From Carcharhinus longimanus (Eukaryota), in the NCBI GenBank assembly GCA_030264375.1, contig JASCQW010000190.1:41098672-41162671 (forward strand): a stretch of DNA of 64,000 bases, given 5' to 3'. Below, piece by piece: positions 62,001 to 64,000 of the stretch. How positions within the stretch are numbered: position 1 is the first letter of the stretch; every line of letters begins with the position of its first letter. Both the position numbers and the translations under genes were made by a program. Below the pieces are notes generated by a model, which saw only the letters and a list, made by a program, of their open reading frames with translations, searched no databases and had not been told where the DNA came from.

Positions 62001-62424
62001 CGAGCTCTCAATTTATACATATTCAAGCCTAGATGGAACGGTCATCTACCAGGTCTTCTAAGAACAGAGTTGCTTGAAGTCATTCTCTAAGACTGTCTAC
62101 AAACCCTGTACTGGAAACAGCTTTCAACCATATAGCAGACAGTTGAATAATATTGCATAGTAGCATTTGGATGTGCAAGGGCATCTGCGAGACAAACACA
62201 AAGAGAGTGAAGAAGGGCGATTAGTAGAATTCTGCTATATGGAATGGTATAATTTCTAACTTTGTATTGACATGTTTGTTTTGTGGTGGTTTTATTTGCA
62301 TTATGGCCAAGCAGACAATGTGATGGTCACGTTACAGGGAGAAGTTACATTGTAGGGTATGAAGAGTTGGGGTTAGTGATACCACACTTGCAGAAGCTCT
62401 TCATGGACATCTCAGCCAGAAAGA

Positions 62425-62598
62425 TCTCCAAAGGTGTGTGGATTAGGCTGATTGGCCATGGTAAACTGCCCCCTGATATTAGGGGGATTACTGGGGTAAA
62501 TACATGGGGTTACAGGGAAAATGCCTGGGTGGGAGTGTTGGTGCAGACTTGAGGGGTTGAATGGCCTCGTTCTGTAGGATTCAGTGATTCTATGACTC
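62425..62598 (+). mobile_element. V-SINE 3' fragment
   Basis: CCAAAGGTGTGTGGATTAGGCTGATTGGCCATG...GATTCTATGACTCTA. Confidence 0.75.
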
Positions 62599-62767
62599 TA
62601 TAAAAGAGGCTATTTAAGTCACCTCCTCTCTTCCTCCTCATCTCTCCTATTCCACCATGTACAATGTTTACCATAAACTCTATGCTTTCCTGCCAGACCA
62701 CTCTCATACCTTCCAGTATTATAAATGTTTGTTTGCCAGAAATATGCCCCAGTGCATGGAAATCAAA

Positions 62768-63812
62768 GCCACAATTCTCTCATCCCGCTGCGCCAATTTT
62801 TTAGTGCAGTGGGACGGGAGATTCCTGCATTGTCTGTTTCGTGGGATTCGCACAAGCGTTCGCACCCTGCTTTTGTCTCCCAATGCCGGATTTCTGGCAG
62901 CGCCTGTTCCACACCAGAAACCAGAACAAAGTCTCTGGGCCCGTGAGCATCTCCCACCCTGCCAGAGTGGTTTACTGCAGTAGGGATTACAGTAATTCCC
63001 TACTTACGGAGAGATAGAGGCCCAACCACACTGGAGTGAAGGGGGGGAAATCGGGGCCCCCAAAATGGTCAGTTGATGGACGGGTGTCCCCTAGGCAGTG
63101 GCACCTTGGCAGTGCCATCCTGTGCCCAAGGCACTGCCCAAGGGGCAAAGTGCCAATGCCTGGGGGCACTTTGGCACTGCCCATCAGNNNNNNNNNNNNN
63201 NNNNNNNNNNNNNNNNNNNNNNNNNNNNNNNNNNNNNNNNNNNNNNNNNNNNNNNNNNNNNNNNNNNNGCCCTGCTGCCACTCTGCATGGGGATCAGTGT
63301 GAAAGGAGAGAGGTCAGCAATCAGGGCGGGCTGGAGGTGAGGTTCAGTCAGAGGGGTGGTCTGCCTGCCGAGAAGATTGGCACTGAGAGGGGATGTTGGG
63401 AGTGAGAGAGGGTGGGGGTTACTGAGGAAAGGTCAGGGCTGGGCCCGGGAAAATTTGCGGGGGACCAGCGATCAGGCTGTGGGGAGGAAGCCTTGCGAGA
63501 ATTGTGGGGCTAGCCAGCGATCTAGCTGGACAGCAATCAGGAGGCCATCAGTGCAGAGCCACTGCTCACACGCTGATCTCGGCACTGACAGATCAGCATA
63601 TGCACAGTGGCTCGCTCAGTGCGCTGATTTCAGCTTGTCCAGTGCGAATAGGCCCCACCCCCTAAAATTTAATGATATTCGCGTTGGTGACCTCTGTAGT
63701 GCACAGAGTGTGGGAGATACTTCTCTGAATCCTCACTGAAAAAACAAGTGTGAATTACCCCAGTTTTCGTGTGAATTCAACAGTTAGAATTTTTTGGGGG
63801 AGAACTCAGCCC
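62768..63812. mobile_element. Non-autonomous Harbinger-like element (~1.05 kb)
   Basis: Termini GCCACAATTCTCTC / GGGAGAACTCAGCCC; right end similar to the 13495 terminus; internal GGCAGTGCC/GGCACTGCC repeats. Confidence 0.6.
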
Positions 63813-64000
63813 CAACTGCCCAGGTATAAAGAACTTATTTGCATTTAAGGTCTATTAAAATGTTAAGTTCCAGCTATGGTACAGCACTGAAATTTGAAAA
63901 GAAAAGTCACAGTTATGTTTGGTGCATAAACATAAATAAGCAAACAAGTTTCAGATAGACTGATGGCAGAAACAAGCTTGTCAAGTTCAAAGATTTTTTA

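Overview
Repeat-dense eukaryotic genomic DNA from a gapped short-read-style assembly. It is most likely a cartilaginous fish (shark), judging by HE1-like V-SINEs, Deu-domain SINEs and abundant CR1 3' ends; this is an inference from repeat content. No intact host protein-coding gene could be identified, and the ORF track is essentially transposon debris, N-gap read-through and chance ORFs. The window holds many CR1, L2-like, Rex1/Babar and Penelope-like retroelement fragments and at least three SINE types. It also holds two decayed PIF/Harbinger elements (transposase convergent with a probable Myb/SANT-type ORF), their MITEs, an internally deleted Gypsy element and a solo LTR with a target-site duplication. 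The most notable signals are: (1) minimal hammerhead-ribozyme motifs in Penelope terminal repeats, with helix II variation that keeps pairing and with inverted/hairpin arrangements; (2) a 1.09-kb foldback element with ~180-bp inverted arms around an 18-unit minisatellite; (3) V-SINEs carrying two alternative 3' tails; (4) TE-free islands that look like conserved enhancers, one with three perfect POU octamers; (5) an unexplained decayed coding-like region at ~7.0-8.8 kb. Repeat boundaries were read by eye and are approximate unless exact motifs are quoted.
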